A stretch of DNA of 63,666 bases, the filler included, from Octopus bimaculoides (lineage: Eukaryota), in assembly GCF_001194135.2 (NCBI RefSeq). It is 3 parts of 3 records of this genome, joined end to end, with 100 filler letters (N's around TTAATTAATTAA, not from the genome) between each part and the next. Parts side by side here need not be neighbours in the genome. Positions count along the whole stretch, not along the records: positions 30,708 to 54,210 come from NW_026304878.1; positions 54,311 to 63,666 come from NC_069005.1; 1 more part is not named here. One strand, given 5' to 3'. The first letter of the stretch is position 1; the number at the start of each line of letters is the position of its first letter. The notes under the pieces are model-generated. The model ran no database searches, was not told the DNA's origin, and saw nothing but the letters and a program-made list of their open reading frames with translations. This document shows, piece by piece, positions 50,033-62,717 of this stretch. The position numbers and the translations under genes were made by a program.

Positions 50033-50765
50033 ATTGAAGAAAAAACTGAGAATATGCATCATAAAAGATGCATGGATCCTAGTGAAATATGCCTTGTGTA
50101 TCCCAATCGATACACAAGGACAAACAAAAGGTTAAGCAGTCTAGTTAGAAAAGGCTATAAGCATTAACTTGGTGAACCATAGCACACTTTATATAATAAA
50201 GTGTCTTTACAGTGAGTCTGTTTGTAACACTATCTCTTTGCCCGTTTAACACATTTGTCGTAAACGTCCATGTTATTTTTCAGACTTTTAGTTAGCGCTT
50301 ATATCATCCGTTTTGAGTAAGATAAAAGCTTTCGTTTCATAAGTCTTGAGTTATTCTGGTGATTGACAAGAAATTGGGAATGTCTGTCGTTAATGATGTC
50401 TGGACGCCAGAGAAATAGGTCTTGCGTATCACAAGTATTACATAAGACAGCCAAAAAGTTAAGCAATTCTGTCTGAAGGGATAATTATAGTGTGACATTG
50501 GGAAATAATTTTATCGAAAATGTATCTTCATAAACAGCCTATTTATGACTTTAACCTCTCGCTTGTCCGAAGCATTTTCAAACGTTTGTCCTGAACGTCC
50601 ATCTTAGTTTTCAGAATTTTAGTTAGCGCTTATGTCATCCGTTCTGAGTAAGATAAAAGCTTTCGTTTCATAACTCCTAAGTTATTCTAGTGATTGTGAA
50701 GAAACTGAGAATGTGCATCATATACGAAGCATGGACGCCAGTGAAATAGGTCTTGTCTATCGATT
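50033..50765. repeat. degenerate tandem repeat, period ~330 bp, about 2.3 units
   Basis: ttttagttagcgcttat.tcatccgtt.tgagtaagataaaagctttcgtttcataa at about 50286 and 50616; gaa.ctgagaat.tgcatcat at about 50040 and 50700. Confidence 0.8.
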
Positions 50766-50770
50766 GAGAT

Positions 50771-50838
50771 GTGGAGGTGCAATGGCCCAGTGGTTAGAGC
50801 AGTGGACTCGCGGTCATAGGATCGCGGTTTCGATTCCA
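50771..50838 (+). mobile_element. isolated tRNA-derived SINE head
   Basis: gtggaggtgcaatggcccagtggttagagcagtggactcgcggtc...ggtttcgattcc; no acceptor-stem closure. Confidence 0.65.
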
Positions 50839-50918
50839 GTCACTTTGGTGAATGGATAAAACCCCTTCATATAGGTGTCATAAACATGATGCTTAATTAT
50901 CCAGGTTGTTGGGAATTA

Positions 50919-51091
50919 CCGTATTTTAACGTGTATAAAGACCACCCCCCTTTTTTCGTCAAAAATTAGGTTTAAAAAATATGGGAGTTTCTTACACATG
51001 GACAGTATTATGATCCCTTACAAAACCTTTTCTCTAAATTTAACCCCCCCCCCCACAAATTAGGGGTTTCTTTATACACGTTAAAATACCT
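50919..51091. mobile_element. Tc2/pogo-like MITE with TA target duplication
   Basis: ta-CCGTATTTTAACGTGTATAAAGA ... TCTTTATACACGTTAAAATACCT-ta. Confidence 0.75.
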
Positions 51092-51099
51092 TAATCGTG

Positions 51100-51256
51100 G
51101 ATTATCTCATAGCTTTGCGATGTCTATCGTGTTCTTGTGTCTATTTTTAGCGTGGCGTTGTAGAATAGGTGTAAGAGGCCAGATGCGGTCAGTTTGAATA
51201 TAAAACAGAGAGTATTTGGGTCTGATGTGGCCGGTTTGAACATTAGAAGGTTAACA
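51100..51256. mobile_element. partial piggyBac-like MITE, in opposite orientation to 10074-10294
   Basis: attatctcatagcttt...tttggg.ctgat.tggcc.gtttgaac...ggttaa. Confidence 0.55.
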
Positions 51257-51469
51257 TGCTATTACAATTCAAAGTGTTATGTTTGCTTCAAGAACCTGTT
51301 CCAAAAGGGCATTGTTTCACGTTCTCGCGGAAGTTTATACATTTTTATAATCTCTCTCTCTCTCTCCCTATATATATGTATGTATGTATATTGTATTATG
51401 TTTATAGATAGATAGATGTGTAAGTACGCATATAATATGTATAACATATATACATCCCCCTCTCTCTCT

Positions 51470-51570
51470 CTCTGTATAGATTTATATATGTATATGTTTA
51501 TTGTATGTACTATGTAGATAGATTGATGTGTAAGTATGTATATAATATGTATTACATATATGTATATGTG

Positions 51571-51618
<48 letters not shown>

Positions 51619-52157
51619 CATACATATCTATCATACATACATACAAATTTATGTATATATATGTATGTATATTATATGCATATATATATGTTTATATATA
51701 TATACATATATTCATATATATATATATACATACATATCTATCATACATACATACAAATTTATGTATATATATGTATGTATATTATATGCATATATATATG
51801 TTTATATATATATACATATATTCATATATATATATATACATATATTCATATATATATATATACATATATTCATATATATATATATACATATATACATGTA
51901 TATATTTATATACATATATTCATATATATATATATACATATATACATGTATATATTTATATACATATATATATATACATACATACATATATATATATATA
52001 TGTATGTATATGCATACATATATATATATATACTTATATACATACATATATAAACGTATATGTTTTTGTGTGTGTATGTTTGTATGTATATGTGTGTCAG
52101 GCGTTCCTTTTCAGGACAATGTGTAGGTGATGTGTCCGCGTATACATACATACTCAC

Positions 52158-52196
<39 letters not shown>

Positions 52197-52741
52197 CCCC
52201 CACCACACACACAAACATGCGTTCTCGAGTCGTCGATATACGCACACGTGTATGTATACGTGTGCGTATAATTACACGTTCCTCTGTTTGTGTGTGTGTG
52301 TAATTAAATATTTAATCATCAGATAATTACAGCCCTGTGTAGAAAACAAACAATACACTGATTAGACAAAAAAAAAAAAAAATCACATTGAGACACACAC
52401 AAGCGCACTAGGATTGACATACACATTCATACACACACAGACACACACGCATGATGTTGTAATGCTTCTTGGTCGTACTAGCTGACACCTCAACACACGT
52501 ATGCATATGTGTGGGAGTGAGTGAGTGCATATGTATGTGTGTGTAAATATATATATATGGTTATATAGGTATATATATATATATATACAGATATATGCAC
52601 GTATATATATATATATATATATATGTGCATATATATATATATCCATATATACATATATATACACACACATATATATATATATATATATGCATATGTATGC
52701 GTGTGTATATATATTTATGCATATAAATATGTCTATATATC

Positions 52742-52799
<58 letters not shown>

Positions 52800-52956
52800 C
52801 ATAAACATATATATACACATACATACACACACACTACTCGAACATGTCGTTCAACGCCTGCTTCGTACGACTCTCTTCAACATACACAGACAGCTGTATC
52901 TATCTATACATATATACACACATATATATATATATATATATACATATATATATGTA

Positions 52957-52990
<34 letters not shown>
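51470..52990. repeat. compound (TA)/(CA)/(TACA) microsatellite field with a duplicated ~110-bp higher-order unit (about 51618-51840)
   Basis: catacatatctatcatacatacatacaaatttatg occurs twice. Confidence 0.85.
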
Positions 52991-52992
<2 letters not shown>

Positions 52993-53086
52993 TGTGTTTG
53001 TATATGGTGATAAAAACAATTTTACAATAAAATGAGGAGTTGCTAAATACTTTTAGTATAGTGTGCATCTTTACTTTAATTGGATC

Positions 53087-53495
53087 CTTTCTACTCCAGG
53101 CACAAGGCCCGAATTCTTGGGGGTGGGGGCAGTCGATTAGATCGACTCCAGTACGCAACTGGTATTTAATTTATCGACTCCCGAAAGGACGAAGGGCAAA
53201 GTCGACCTCGGCGGAATTTGAACTCAGAACGTAAAGCACTTCGCGCGGCGTGCTGACGTTTCTTATTTCTTTATTGCCCACAAGGGGCTGAACAAAGAGG
53301 GGACAAACAAGGACAGACAAAGGGATTAAGTCGATTACATCGACTCCAGTGCGTAACTGGTACTTAATTAATCGACCCCGAAAGGATGAAAGGCAAAGTC
53401 GACCTCGACGGAATTTGAACTCTGAACGTCACGGCAGACGAAATACCACTAAGCATTTCGCCCGGCGTGCTAACGTTTCTGCCAGCTCGCTGACT
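53087..53495 (-). mobile_element. two tandem SINE family B copies with different 3' tails
   Basis: cores at about 53160-53230 and 53355-53425; one tail is gggccttgtgcc, the other ccccttgtgggcaataaag. Confidence 0.85.
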
Positions 53496-53522
53496 TAGTC
53501 TTATAATAGAATAATACACACT

Positions 53523-53560
<38 letters not shown>

Positions 53561-53675
53561 ACACACACACACAAATTGATGAGAGGTAATGGAGGTGAAT
53601 ATATCTATGTAACTAGTTGATATCCTTAAGGTTACGGCCGTTTCGCAGCCGTCTTCATGTAGCAAGAACTTTACA

Positions 53676-53920
53676 GGGCGGCGAGCTGGCATAATCGTGG
53701 GCTTTTTATATTCTGAGTTCAAATTCCGCTGAAGTCGACTTTGCCTTTTATCCTTGTAGCGTCAATAAAATTAGTACCAGTTGGATTCTGGGGTAGAAGC
53801 AATAAATTTACCTCCTCCCCCAAAATTGCCGACCTTCTGCCAAAATTAGAAATCTGCGTCAGGCAGTAAAGCTGGCGGAATCGTTAGCACACCGGGTGAA
53901 GTGTTTAGCGGTATTTCGTT
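53676..53920 (+). mobile_element. SINE family B copy plus an extra head
   Basis: ggcggcgagctggc...ttctgagttcaaattccgc; second head gctggcggaatcgttagc. Confidence 0.75.
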
Positions 53921-54254
53921 CCGTGGGGTGCAGTTTGCCCCTAGTTGGTCTAGGAGCTGTCGGTGTTCGCTCGCGTCTACATAGCCACAAGCGCGGGAAT
54001 GAAATTTGCTTTCTGGGTTCAAACCTAGGTCGAACCCAGAACGTTCAAAGGGTTTTATCTTTCATTGTCGCACCCTTTTTACCCCCAAAATGTTGGTAGG
54101 TACCCCTGCACACCCTGTATATCCTAGCTTGGAACTAGTTTAACCATGTCTCACTATGCTGTCATCTTTGTACTTGCAACAACTTTTATACACACACACA
54201 CACACACACANNNNNNNNNNNNNNNNNNNNNNNNNNNNNNNNNNNNNNNNNNNN

Positions 54255-54266
54255 TTAATTAATTAA
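54255..54266. other. second artificial TTAATTAATTAA scaffold linker
   Basis: flanked by 44 N on each side. Confidence 0.9.
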
Positions 54267-54330
54267 NNNNNNNNNNNNNNNNNNNNNNNNNNNNNNNNNN
54301 NNNNNNNNNNATTATTATTATTATTATTAA

Positions 54331-54515
54331 GGTGGCGAGCTGGCAGAAGCGTTCGCACGCTGGACGAAATGCTTAGCGGTATTTCACCAGTCGCTACGTC
54401 CTGAGTTCAAATTCCGCAGAGGTCGACTTTGGCTTTCGTCCTCTCGGAGTTCGAAAAAATAAGTACCAGTTGAACACTGGGTCGATGTAATCGACTCATC
54501 TCCACCTCCCCCAAG
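54331..54515 (+). mobile_element. SINE family B
   Basis: ggtggcgagctggcagaagcg...ctgagttcaaattccgc...aataagtaccagttg. Confidence 0.85.
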
Positions 54516-55096
54516 CTGTTGAGATACTCTGTAGGCGCAAGAAGACTGCACATGGAGACATGATCAATGGTTTCATTTTGTTGTGACAAAAATTTGAAAC
54601 AATAATAATAATAATAATTATTATTATTATTATCATTATCATTATTATCAATTCGCTCCAGACAAATATTTTTACGAAAAAAAAATTTAGGTTCGATCAA
54701 CGAAAAAAACGAAACAAAAAGGAAAATAAGAGAAAATTATTGTTTTTTACATAACCATGAATGCATCAAAATATTTTGCAGGAAGGGGGTAAAACTTTTT
54801 GGGGGATGGACGGTTCGTCTCATACTGTTTTGAAGAATTTGTCTTATTCATACATTTTTGGCGGAGAAAATTAGGTGAGCTGTTTCATAGAAATACAGTA
54901 TGTATTATATTGTTTATCAATATATATTCCAATATTTGTTTCCAACAGAGCGACACCTGGTTTATACGATAGAAGAACGACGGGTAAGGGTTTTACGCTA
55001 GTGGTTGCCGGCATTTTTGCAGCTATACCACCCGTATCTTCTTTACGAAACATGATAATCTACCCCAGATGATGTCAGAATATGGCATAATAATAG

Positions 55097-55258
55097 GCGC
55101 AGCCGTGGCTGAGTGGTTAAGAAGCTTGCTGCCCAACAACACGATTCCGGGTTCAGTCCCAATGCATGGCACGCTGGGCAAGTGTCTTCTACTATTGCCT
55201 CGGACTGACCAAAGCCTTGTGGGTGGATTTGGTAGACGGAGACTGAAAGAAGCCCGTC
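55097..55258 (+). mobile_element. SINE family A, 5' half
   Basis: ggcgcagccgtggctgagtggttaag...ggatttggtagacggagactgaaagaagcccgtc. Confidence 0.85.
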
Positions 55259-55711
55259 ATGAATTTATATATATATATGTATATAAATACAGTGTACATT
55301 TAAACACATAAGAGGTATCCGTCACAGGATTCCTGGTACGCTAGAAGGAACAGCCAAAATCCAAACCACTATTAGGGTTAAATTTCGAAGGGATTGAAAA
55401 ATAAAAAACATTTACCATGTATCTCCTGGACCATGGTTTCTGACTTTTTTTTAGCAAATAAAATAATTTGCTAGGTGAAGTCATCATCAACGGTAACTTT
55501 TCGTAAGGTGAGCCATTAGAAAGTCCCGCGGGCCGCGGTTAGCTCATGACTGACTTAGATACTCGGGGTTCGTAAACAGCCGTAAACAATGCAAACACAG
55601 AGAAGCAGTGACAATAGTCTACTCTTACCACCACCACCACCACCATCAGTATGAAGTAAGGGGACACAGTTAAATATCCATCATGGCTACCAAAAGGACG
55701 TTCTTATTAAA

Positions 55712-55897
55712 GATTGGCGTCTATTTCCAGAATGAGGCAAGGTGGGGGCGGAAGTAGGATAAAGAGAGATAACTTCTGGACGATTGGAAGCCATGCACTC
55801 GAGAGATAAGAACCAGCAAACTGTGGCGACACCTTCTGGCAAAACAAACAAACAAAGAACAATAACCACTGATTGAAACCAAAATGGCAAAGTAAGT
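55712..55897 (+). promoter_or_regulatory. candidate promoter / first exon
   Basis: two ATTGG boxes (55712, 55781), GGGGCGGAAGT (55744), AAAATGGC, then ATG GCA AA|GTAAGT. Confidence 0.25.
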
Positions 55898-56204
55898 GTT
55901 TCCCTTTTTTTTCGTTTTTGCTTAATTTTTCTTTCAGAAAAATTACCCGTACAAAGAGTCATAGTTAGAATGGAAGAAAAATGAATATTTAATGGGTAGA
56001 TTATCTAATCCCCCACCCCTTCTGACATGTCATGTGACCTTCTTTGTATCGTCTGCTGATAATTCAAGTGGTGCTTAGAACACGTAAACTGACATTTTTA
56101 AAAATTCTGCCCTGGTCTGGTCTTGTCTGATGTAGCCATACGATACTATACATACATGCGTATAAATACGTATATATAAGAGCGTGTGCATGCGCGTATA
56201 TATA

Positions 56205-56241
<37 letters not shown>

Positions 56242-56311
56242 ACGCGCATGTGTGTGTATACAAATACGTACATAGTGACACGCATGCACACATATGTATG
56301 TGTATATATAC

Positions 56312-56358
<47 letters not shown>

Positions 56359-57324
56359 NNNNNNNNNNNNNNNNNNNNNNNNNNNNNNNNNNNNNNNNNN
56401 NNNNNNNNNNNNNNNNNNNNNNNNNNNNNNNNNNNNNNNNNNNNNNNNNNNNNNNNNNNNNNNNNNNNNNNNNNNNNNNNNNNNNNNNNNNNNNNNNNNN
56501 NNNNNNNNNNNNNNNNNNNNNNNNNNNNNNNNNNNNNNNNNNNNNNNNNNNNNNNNNNNNNNNNNNNNNNNNNNNNNNNNNNNNNNNNNNNNNNNNNNNN
56601 NNNNNNNNNNNNNNNNNNNNNNNNNNNNNNNNNNNNNNNNNNNNNNNNNNNNNNNNNNNNNNNNNNNNNNNNNNNNNNNNNNNNNNNNNNNNNNNNNNNN
56701 NNNNNNNNNNNNNNNNNNNNNNNNNNNNNNNNNNNNNNNNNNNNNNNNNNNNNNNNNNNNNNNNNNNNNNNNNNNNNNNNNNNNNNNNNNNNNNNNNNNN
56801 NNNNNNNNNNNNNNNNNNNNNNNNNNNNNNNNNNNNNNNNNNNNNNNNNNNNNNNNNNNNNNNNNNNNNNNNNNNNNNNNNNNNNNNNNNNNNNNNNNNN
56901 NNNNNNNNNNNNNNNNNNNNNNNNNNNNNNNNNNNNNNNNNNNNNNNNNNNNNNNNNNNNNNNNNNNNNNNNNNNNNNNNNNNNNNNNNNNNNNNNNNNN
57001 NNNNNNNNNNNNNNNNNNNNNNNNNNNNNNNNNNNNNNNNNNNNNNNNNNNNNNNNNNNNNNNNNNNNNNNNNNNNNNNNNNNNNNNNNNNNNNNNNNNN
57101 NNNNNNNNNNNNNNNNNNNNNNNNNNNNNNNNNNNNNNNNNNNNNNNNNNNNNNNNNNNNNNNNNNNNNNNNNNNNNNNNNNNNNNNNNNNNNNNNNNNN
57201 NNNNNNNNNNNNNNNNNNNNNNNNNNNNNNNNNNNNNNNNNNNNNNNNNNNNNNNNNNNNNNNNNNNNNNNNNNNNNNNNNNNNNNNNNNNTATATATAT
57301 ATGAGATCAGTTTTAAATAGAAGC

Positions 57325-57940
57325 AAATATTGCCTTTGTGGAAGACAGCCAATGAAGATTCTCTATACAACCACAAAAATTCCAATTAGCTCTTCTCCCC
57401 GATTTCAACCTCACCACAATCATCCTCACCTTAGTCTCAATACTTCCCGTTCCGGCTACAATGAAGAACCTTGCCCTGAATTAGTAGGAGAGTCTCCGTT
57501 CTGTCATCGTACCGGGACTTCGGCAAGGCACCCACTATTCCTACGAGACGCTAGCTAGAATTAGTTTCAGTGAAGAACTAGCCTTCACGCTGAATATTCC
57601 ACAGATCCAACAACAGAGATGAAGCAGAATGAGTAAGGCTGTGTGTTTTAATCCCCCGCTTAACTTGGACGCTACCACGAACATAACCAGGAATTTTCTA
57701 CATCTTAGACAATACTTTCCACTAAAACATAAATGAAATAAACTTTTCAATGCACATAACGACATCGTCATATATTCTTGCCTGTGTAGCGTAGCTTCAC
57801 ATATCGCAATGCAATCCAAAGCATACAGTCACAGGCTCCCCATTTCAAAAGTCTGTATGTACTTGTCAAAATACAACTTATCCCCTCATGGAATCCATAT
57901 TTTTACTATGAAGCTGTATATCGAGTCGTCCATAACATCC
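57325..57940 (+). pseudogene. Penelope-like element ORF fragment (RT thumb, linker, start of GIY-YIG region)
   Basis: SRSGYNEE...CFNPPLNLDATTNITRNFLHL..YFPLKHK*NKLFN.HN....YSC, matching the PLE motif WFNPP....V.TN....FL......FP..H...KIFN....K.SYSC. Confidence 0.8.
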
Positions 57941-58051
57941 CGATTTGTATTTTCATATTACAGTCATCATCGTATCACTGTTTCTGTTGCTATTGTCGTG
58001 TTTAATTTTATTCAATATTTTTGTTGATTTTACGATTAAATTTATTAACTT

Positions 58052-58305
58052 AAACAATTGCAGCGTGGAAGGAGTTTATAAGCCATTTAAAAACACACAA
58101 AAGCCGTTAGATTCACTTCAACATTTAAATTTAATTTGTCAAAATATTTTCGTCGCTTTGAGACCACGACCCGTTAACTGACAAAATTCCGTGCTGCATC
58201 TCTGAGAAAATATTTTGACAAATTAAATTTAAATGTTGAAGTGAATCTAACGGTTTTTGTATGTTTTTAAATGGCTTATAAACACCTTCCACGCTGCAAT
58301 TGTTT
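58052..58305. mobile_element. fold-back element with 100-bp near-perfect arms (58052-58151 / 58206-58305)
   Basis: direct reverse-complement match. Confidence 0.95.
58135..58185 (-). ncRNA. hammerhead-like fold with non-canonical core (G3/C8 swap, positions 5 and 9 altered)
   Basis: UUUGUCA-GUUAACG-G-GUCG(11 nt)CGAC-GAAAAUAUUU-UGACAAA. Confidence 0.45.
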
Positions 58306-59789
58306 TCGTTTCAGATCAGGTAACTTGCTATGCAAGTACATCTCCGTAATTTATTAACTTATTCTTGTATATATTTCAGTTTCCATATCTAAAAATTCCG
58401 AAAATTTGGGTAACACATAGAACGTGCCACGGGAAAGAGAGACGGGGGGGGTCTAGGAGGGAGAGAGAGAGGGGGNNNNNNNNNNNNNNNNNNNNNNNNN
58501 NNNNNNNNNNNNNNNNNNNNNNNNNNNNNNNNNNNNNNNNNNNNNNNNNNNNNNNNNNNNNNNNNNNNNNNNNNNNNNNNNNNNNNNNNNNNNNNNNNNN
58601 NNNNNNNNNNNNNNNNNNNNNNNNNNNNNNNNNNNNNNNNNNNNNNNNNNNNNNNNNNNNNNNNNNNNNNNNNNNNNNNNNNNNNNNNNNNNNNNNNNNN
58701 NNNNNNNNNNNNNNNNNNNNNNNNNNNNNNNNNNNNNNNNNNNNNNNNNNNNNNNNNNNNNNNNNNNNNNNNNNNNNNNNNNNNNNNNNNNNNNNNNNNN
58801 NNNNNNNNNNNNNNNNNNNNNNNNNNNNNNNNNNNNNNNNNNNNNNNNNNNNNNNNNNNNNNNNNNNNNNNNNNNNNNNNNNNNNNNNNNNNNNNNNNNN
58901 NNNNNNNNNNNNNNNNNNNNNNNNNNNNNNNNNNNNNNNNNNNNNNNNNNNNNNNNNNNNNNNNNNNNNNNNNNNNNNNNNNNNNNNNNNNNNNNNNNNN
59001 NNNNNNNNNNNNNNNNNNNNNNNNNNNNNNNNNNNNNNNNNNNNNNNNNNNNNNNNNNNNNNNNNNNNNNNNNNNNNNNNNNNNNNNNNNNNNNNNNNNN
59101 NNNNNNNNNNNNNNNNNNNNNNNNNNNNNNNNNNNNNNNNNNNNNNNNNNNNNNNNNNNNNNNNNNNNNNNNNNNNNNNNNNNNNNNNNNNNNNNNNNNN
59201 NNNNNNNNNNNNNNNNNNNNAAAAACAGGCATAAAAAGGGAAAAAATATTTTGTCAAAAAAATGTGTTTTGTGATATTTTGCTGAAAGATAAGAAGCGAA
59301 TAAAATGTTGTTTTGTCCGATGCCTAGATGACGAAATAATATCATTGACCTCTTATACACTCTGTTATATTAAAACAGAGAATTTAATGGGGGGGGGGGG
59401 TTATTGCGCTTTTACTGGTTTCGTGTGACTGGACTTGTTTGCAGCTATACTACATGGCCGGATGTACGTATGAGCAAATATGGGCCATGACCCAGAAGAT
59501 TCCAAGCTTCGAATGTCCCATTAACGTAGACAAGCACAACGCTTGGAGCTGTACTTCTCCGAGATAAACCTTGCAGCAATCGAATAAATAATTATTATCC
59601 GTTATTAGTTGTTTAAATTTTCTTTTAGTCCAATGGAGTTCTTTCAAAATTATTGAGCCCCTATTTTAATTTATTCGGCCCTTTTAGATTTAAAAAATAT
59701 ATTCAGTTTAACTGAGTCCTTCTGAAGCTACGGAGACCCTATTAAGTTTTAGGGGACTCTTCAAACAGTCAGGGGTCCCTAGGTTTAAC

Positions 59790-59973
59790 TACCCACCTGG
59801 ATGGGACGCTAGTCAGTTGCAGGATTACTCATTTTTGCCAGCTGAGTGAACTGGAGCAACGTGAAATGAAGTGTTTTGCTCAAGAACACAACGGTTGCCC
59901 GATCCGGGAATCGAAACCACAATCTTACGATCATGAGTCCAACACCCTTAACCACTAAACCACGCGCTTCCAC
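59790..59973 (-). mobile_element. tRNA-derived CORE-like SINE (OR-type), young
   Basis: reverse complement gtggaagcgcgtggtttagtggttaag...ggtttcgattccc...cttgagcaaaacac...ttgctccagttcactcagctggcaaaaatgag. Confidence 0.85.
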
Positions 59974-59999
59974 TAGTCAAACTCTGGATGGAGAGGGTT

Positions 60000-60455
60000 G
60001 CAGCTTGAAGCCATATGTGTAGCAGCAGGATCCGGCTTTTTGTCGTGCTTCCAGAAAGAGACAGAAGGGGTGGTCATAGAATTTCTACGACTTCACCGGC
60101 TCCAATTTCTACCCTCCTAATTCCCTTAATCTTAATCTCATGGATTACTAGGCACGGGGAGTGGTTGGGAAAGACAACCGCTCTGACAACAACACCAAGA
60201 TCAAAGAGATGTTCGAAGATCATCCCAGAAATCTAATGAGGAAAACATGTGCCAGGCTCTGGAGCCATCATGAGATTGTGATAAAGCTGAGGGTGGTTAT
60301 TTGAATAAACTGTAATCTCCCAGCCATAATCTAGTTGTTATCTTTTGATCTTTTAGAATACTTCATTTGTGGATGAAATATTGTGTATTCCCCCCCCCCT
60401 TTTTATGCAAACTTTCAAATTCGGAGCGAACCGTTTCTTGGAGGCACGGTTGTCT
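60000..60455 (+). mobile_element. maT/DD37D-like transposase C-terminal relic and right end
   Basis: NFYDFTGSNFYPPNS.NLN.MDY...IKEMFED.PR.L.RK.CAR......VIKAEGGYFE*. Confidence 0.75.
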
Positions 60456-61949
60456 CCCTTGTGATACTGAAACACAAACTGATGATCGCCAATTATTTTG
60501 AAATTCATTGATCGCTTAACCAGATGACGTCGCGGGATGACCGTTGCCTGTTTTACACTCACTGCTTGTAAAATGAGAGATTTTTCCCAATGTCAAATTG
60601 CAGTGACAAGCAGATTTTAATACGAGTCAAATACGTTCCAAATATATTTGAACTCATCTAAATGTTTATTTAATCCACAACNNNNNNNNNNNNNNNNNNN
60701 NNNNNNNNNNNNNNNNNNNNNNNNNNNNNNNNNNNNNNNNNNNNNNNNNNNNNNNNNNNNNNNNNNNNNNNNNNNNNNNNNNNNNNNNNNNNNNNNNNNN
60801 NNNNNNNNNNNNNNNNNNNNNNNNNNNNNNNNNNNNNNNNNNNNNNNNNNNNNNNNNNNNNNNNNNNNNNNNNNNNNNNNNNNNNNNNNNNNNNNNNNNN
60901 NNNNNNNNNNNNNNNNNNNNNNNNNNNNNNNNNNNNNNNNNNNNNNNNNNNNNNNNNNNNNNNNNNNNNNNNNNNNNNNNNNNNNNNNNNNNNNNNNNNN
61001 NNNNNNNNNNNNNNNNNNNNNNNNNNNNNNNNNNNNNNNNNNNNNNNNNNNNNNNNNNNNNNNNNNNNNNNNNNNNNNNNNNNNNNNNNNNNNNNNNNNN
61101 NNNNNNNNNNNNNNNNNNNNNNNNNNNNNNNNNNNNNNNNNNNNNNNNNNNNNNNNNNNNNNNNNNNNNNNNNNNNNNNNNNNNNNNNNNNNNNNNNNNN
61201 NNNNNNNNNNNNNNNNNNNNNNNNNNNNNNNNNNNNNNNNNNNNNNNNNNNNNNNNNNNNNNNNNNNNNNNNNNNNNNNNNNNNNNNNNNNNNNNNNNNN
61301 NNNNNNNNNNNNNNNNNNNNNNNNNNNNNNNNNNNNNNNNNNNNNNNNNNNNNNNNNNNNNNNNNNNNNNNNNNNNNNNNNNNNNNNNNNNNNNNNNNNN
61401 NNNNNNNNNNNNNNNNNNNNNNNNNNNNNNNNNNNNNNNNNNNNNNNNNNNNNNNNNNNNNNNNNNNNNNNNNNNNNNNNNNNNNNNNNNNNNNNNNNNT
61501 ATATACGTGCGTGTTTGTATATCAGTTTATATAACTCGTAAACACACAAGCTGGTGTGTGTGTGTGTGTATGTATGTGTGCGTGTGTGCGTGCGTGCGTG
61601 CGTGCGTGCGTGTGTGTGATCATCGAGTCGAGTTTACGCAGATTCCCACGACCCCCGTTTTTCTTCCTCTTCCTTTCATTGTCTTCCATGTCATGTGACA
61701 TTTTCCACTCGGTGACATCCAATATCCTCTGTTAACATGTTTTTACAAGGCGGCCATTTTGGCTTCCTTTAATAAATATATTTTGATGATGCATAATTCT
61801 CCATTCTTCTTTATAATGCCATCTCTCATTCTTATTACCGTTTTGTACTCAGCTAACACTTCGTTCTGAAACAACCCGTATTGAGTTCTACACCGGTTTA
61901 TTACTCTCACTATGCCTAAGCAAAATATTAAAACACAATGTCTGTATGT

Positions 61950-62400
61950 ATATGTGCAGAATTGTATGGTCTGTTTTATGTATGTCTTCTCATGCATATA
62001 GCTACATATCTACACATGCTCATATATACTTAAATGATAAATTTTTTGCAGATTTTTACAGTTCCAGTGATGATGGCTTGGATCTGTCTGCTTATCGGTA
62101 TGTATGTGTGCATGCATGTATGTATGTATGTATGTATGTATGTCATTATTCAGTTTATTTCAAGATTTCTTGCCAATAGAGAAAGAACTGGTTTCTAACC
62201 TAGATCCAACGTTCCTCCATTGGAATTTCAACATCAACAACAGGGTATTTTTGTGTGTAAGTATGTATGTATGTATGTGCAGATTTGTATGTTTTATGTA
62301 TGTATTCTCATTCATATAGCTACATATCTAGACATGGTCATATATATTTAAATGATAAACTTCTGGAAAGTTTTACAGATTTTTACAGTTCCTGTATGTA
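61950..62400 (-). mobile_element. two tandem 5'-truncated RLE-LINE 3' ends, each bounded by (CATA)n
   Basis: reverse complements encode TGTVKICKTFQKFII* and QIQAIITGTVKICKKFII*; UTR homologous to 47361-47595. Confidence 0.75.
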
Positions 62401-62670
62401 TGTATGTATGTATGTATGCATGTATGCATGTATGTATATGGAATGAAAGTGATAAACAATGATGTTTATAAATAAACTTGTTAGCACTTCAAATATGCTT
62501 GAGGCGTATTCGAACATGTAATAAAGCTATTCACTGTATTTTGTCATGGAGAAAATTTTTCGCTGCAGACAATTAGGTGCAAACAAATATTGTTATATTT
62601 GGGGGATGGTCGTCTTTTGCCAGTTAAATCCACGCTTTATTTATTTGATCTTTACTTGAGTTTTATTATT

Positions 62671-62717
<47 letters not shown>

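Noticed and set aside
50771-50838. Possible tRNA-Arg gene
   Set aside because: A and B boxes are present but the 3' acceptor strand is missing; it is a SINE head.
60477-60520. CUGAUGA...GAAAUUC hammerhead candidate
   Set aside because: There is no stem II and no stem I pairing.
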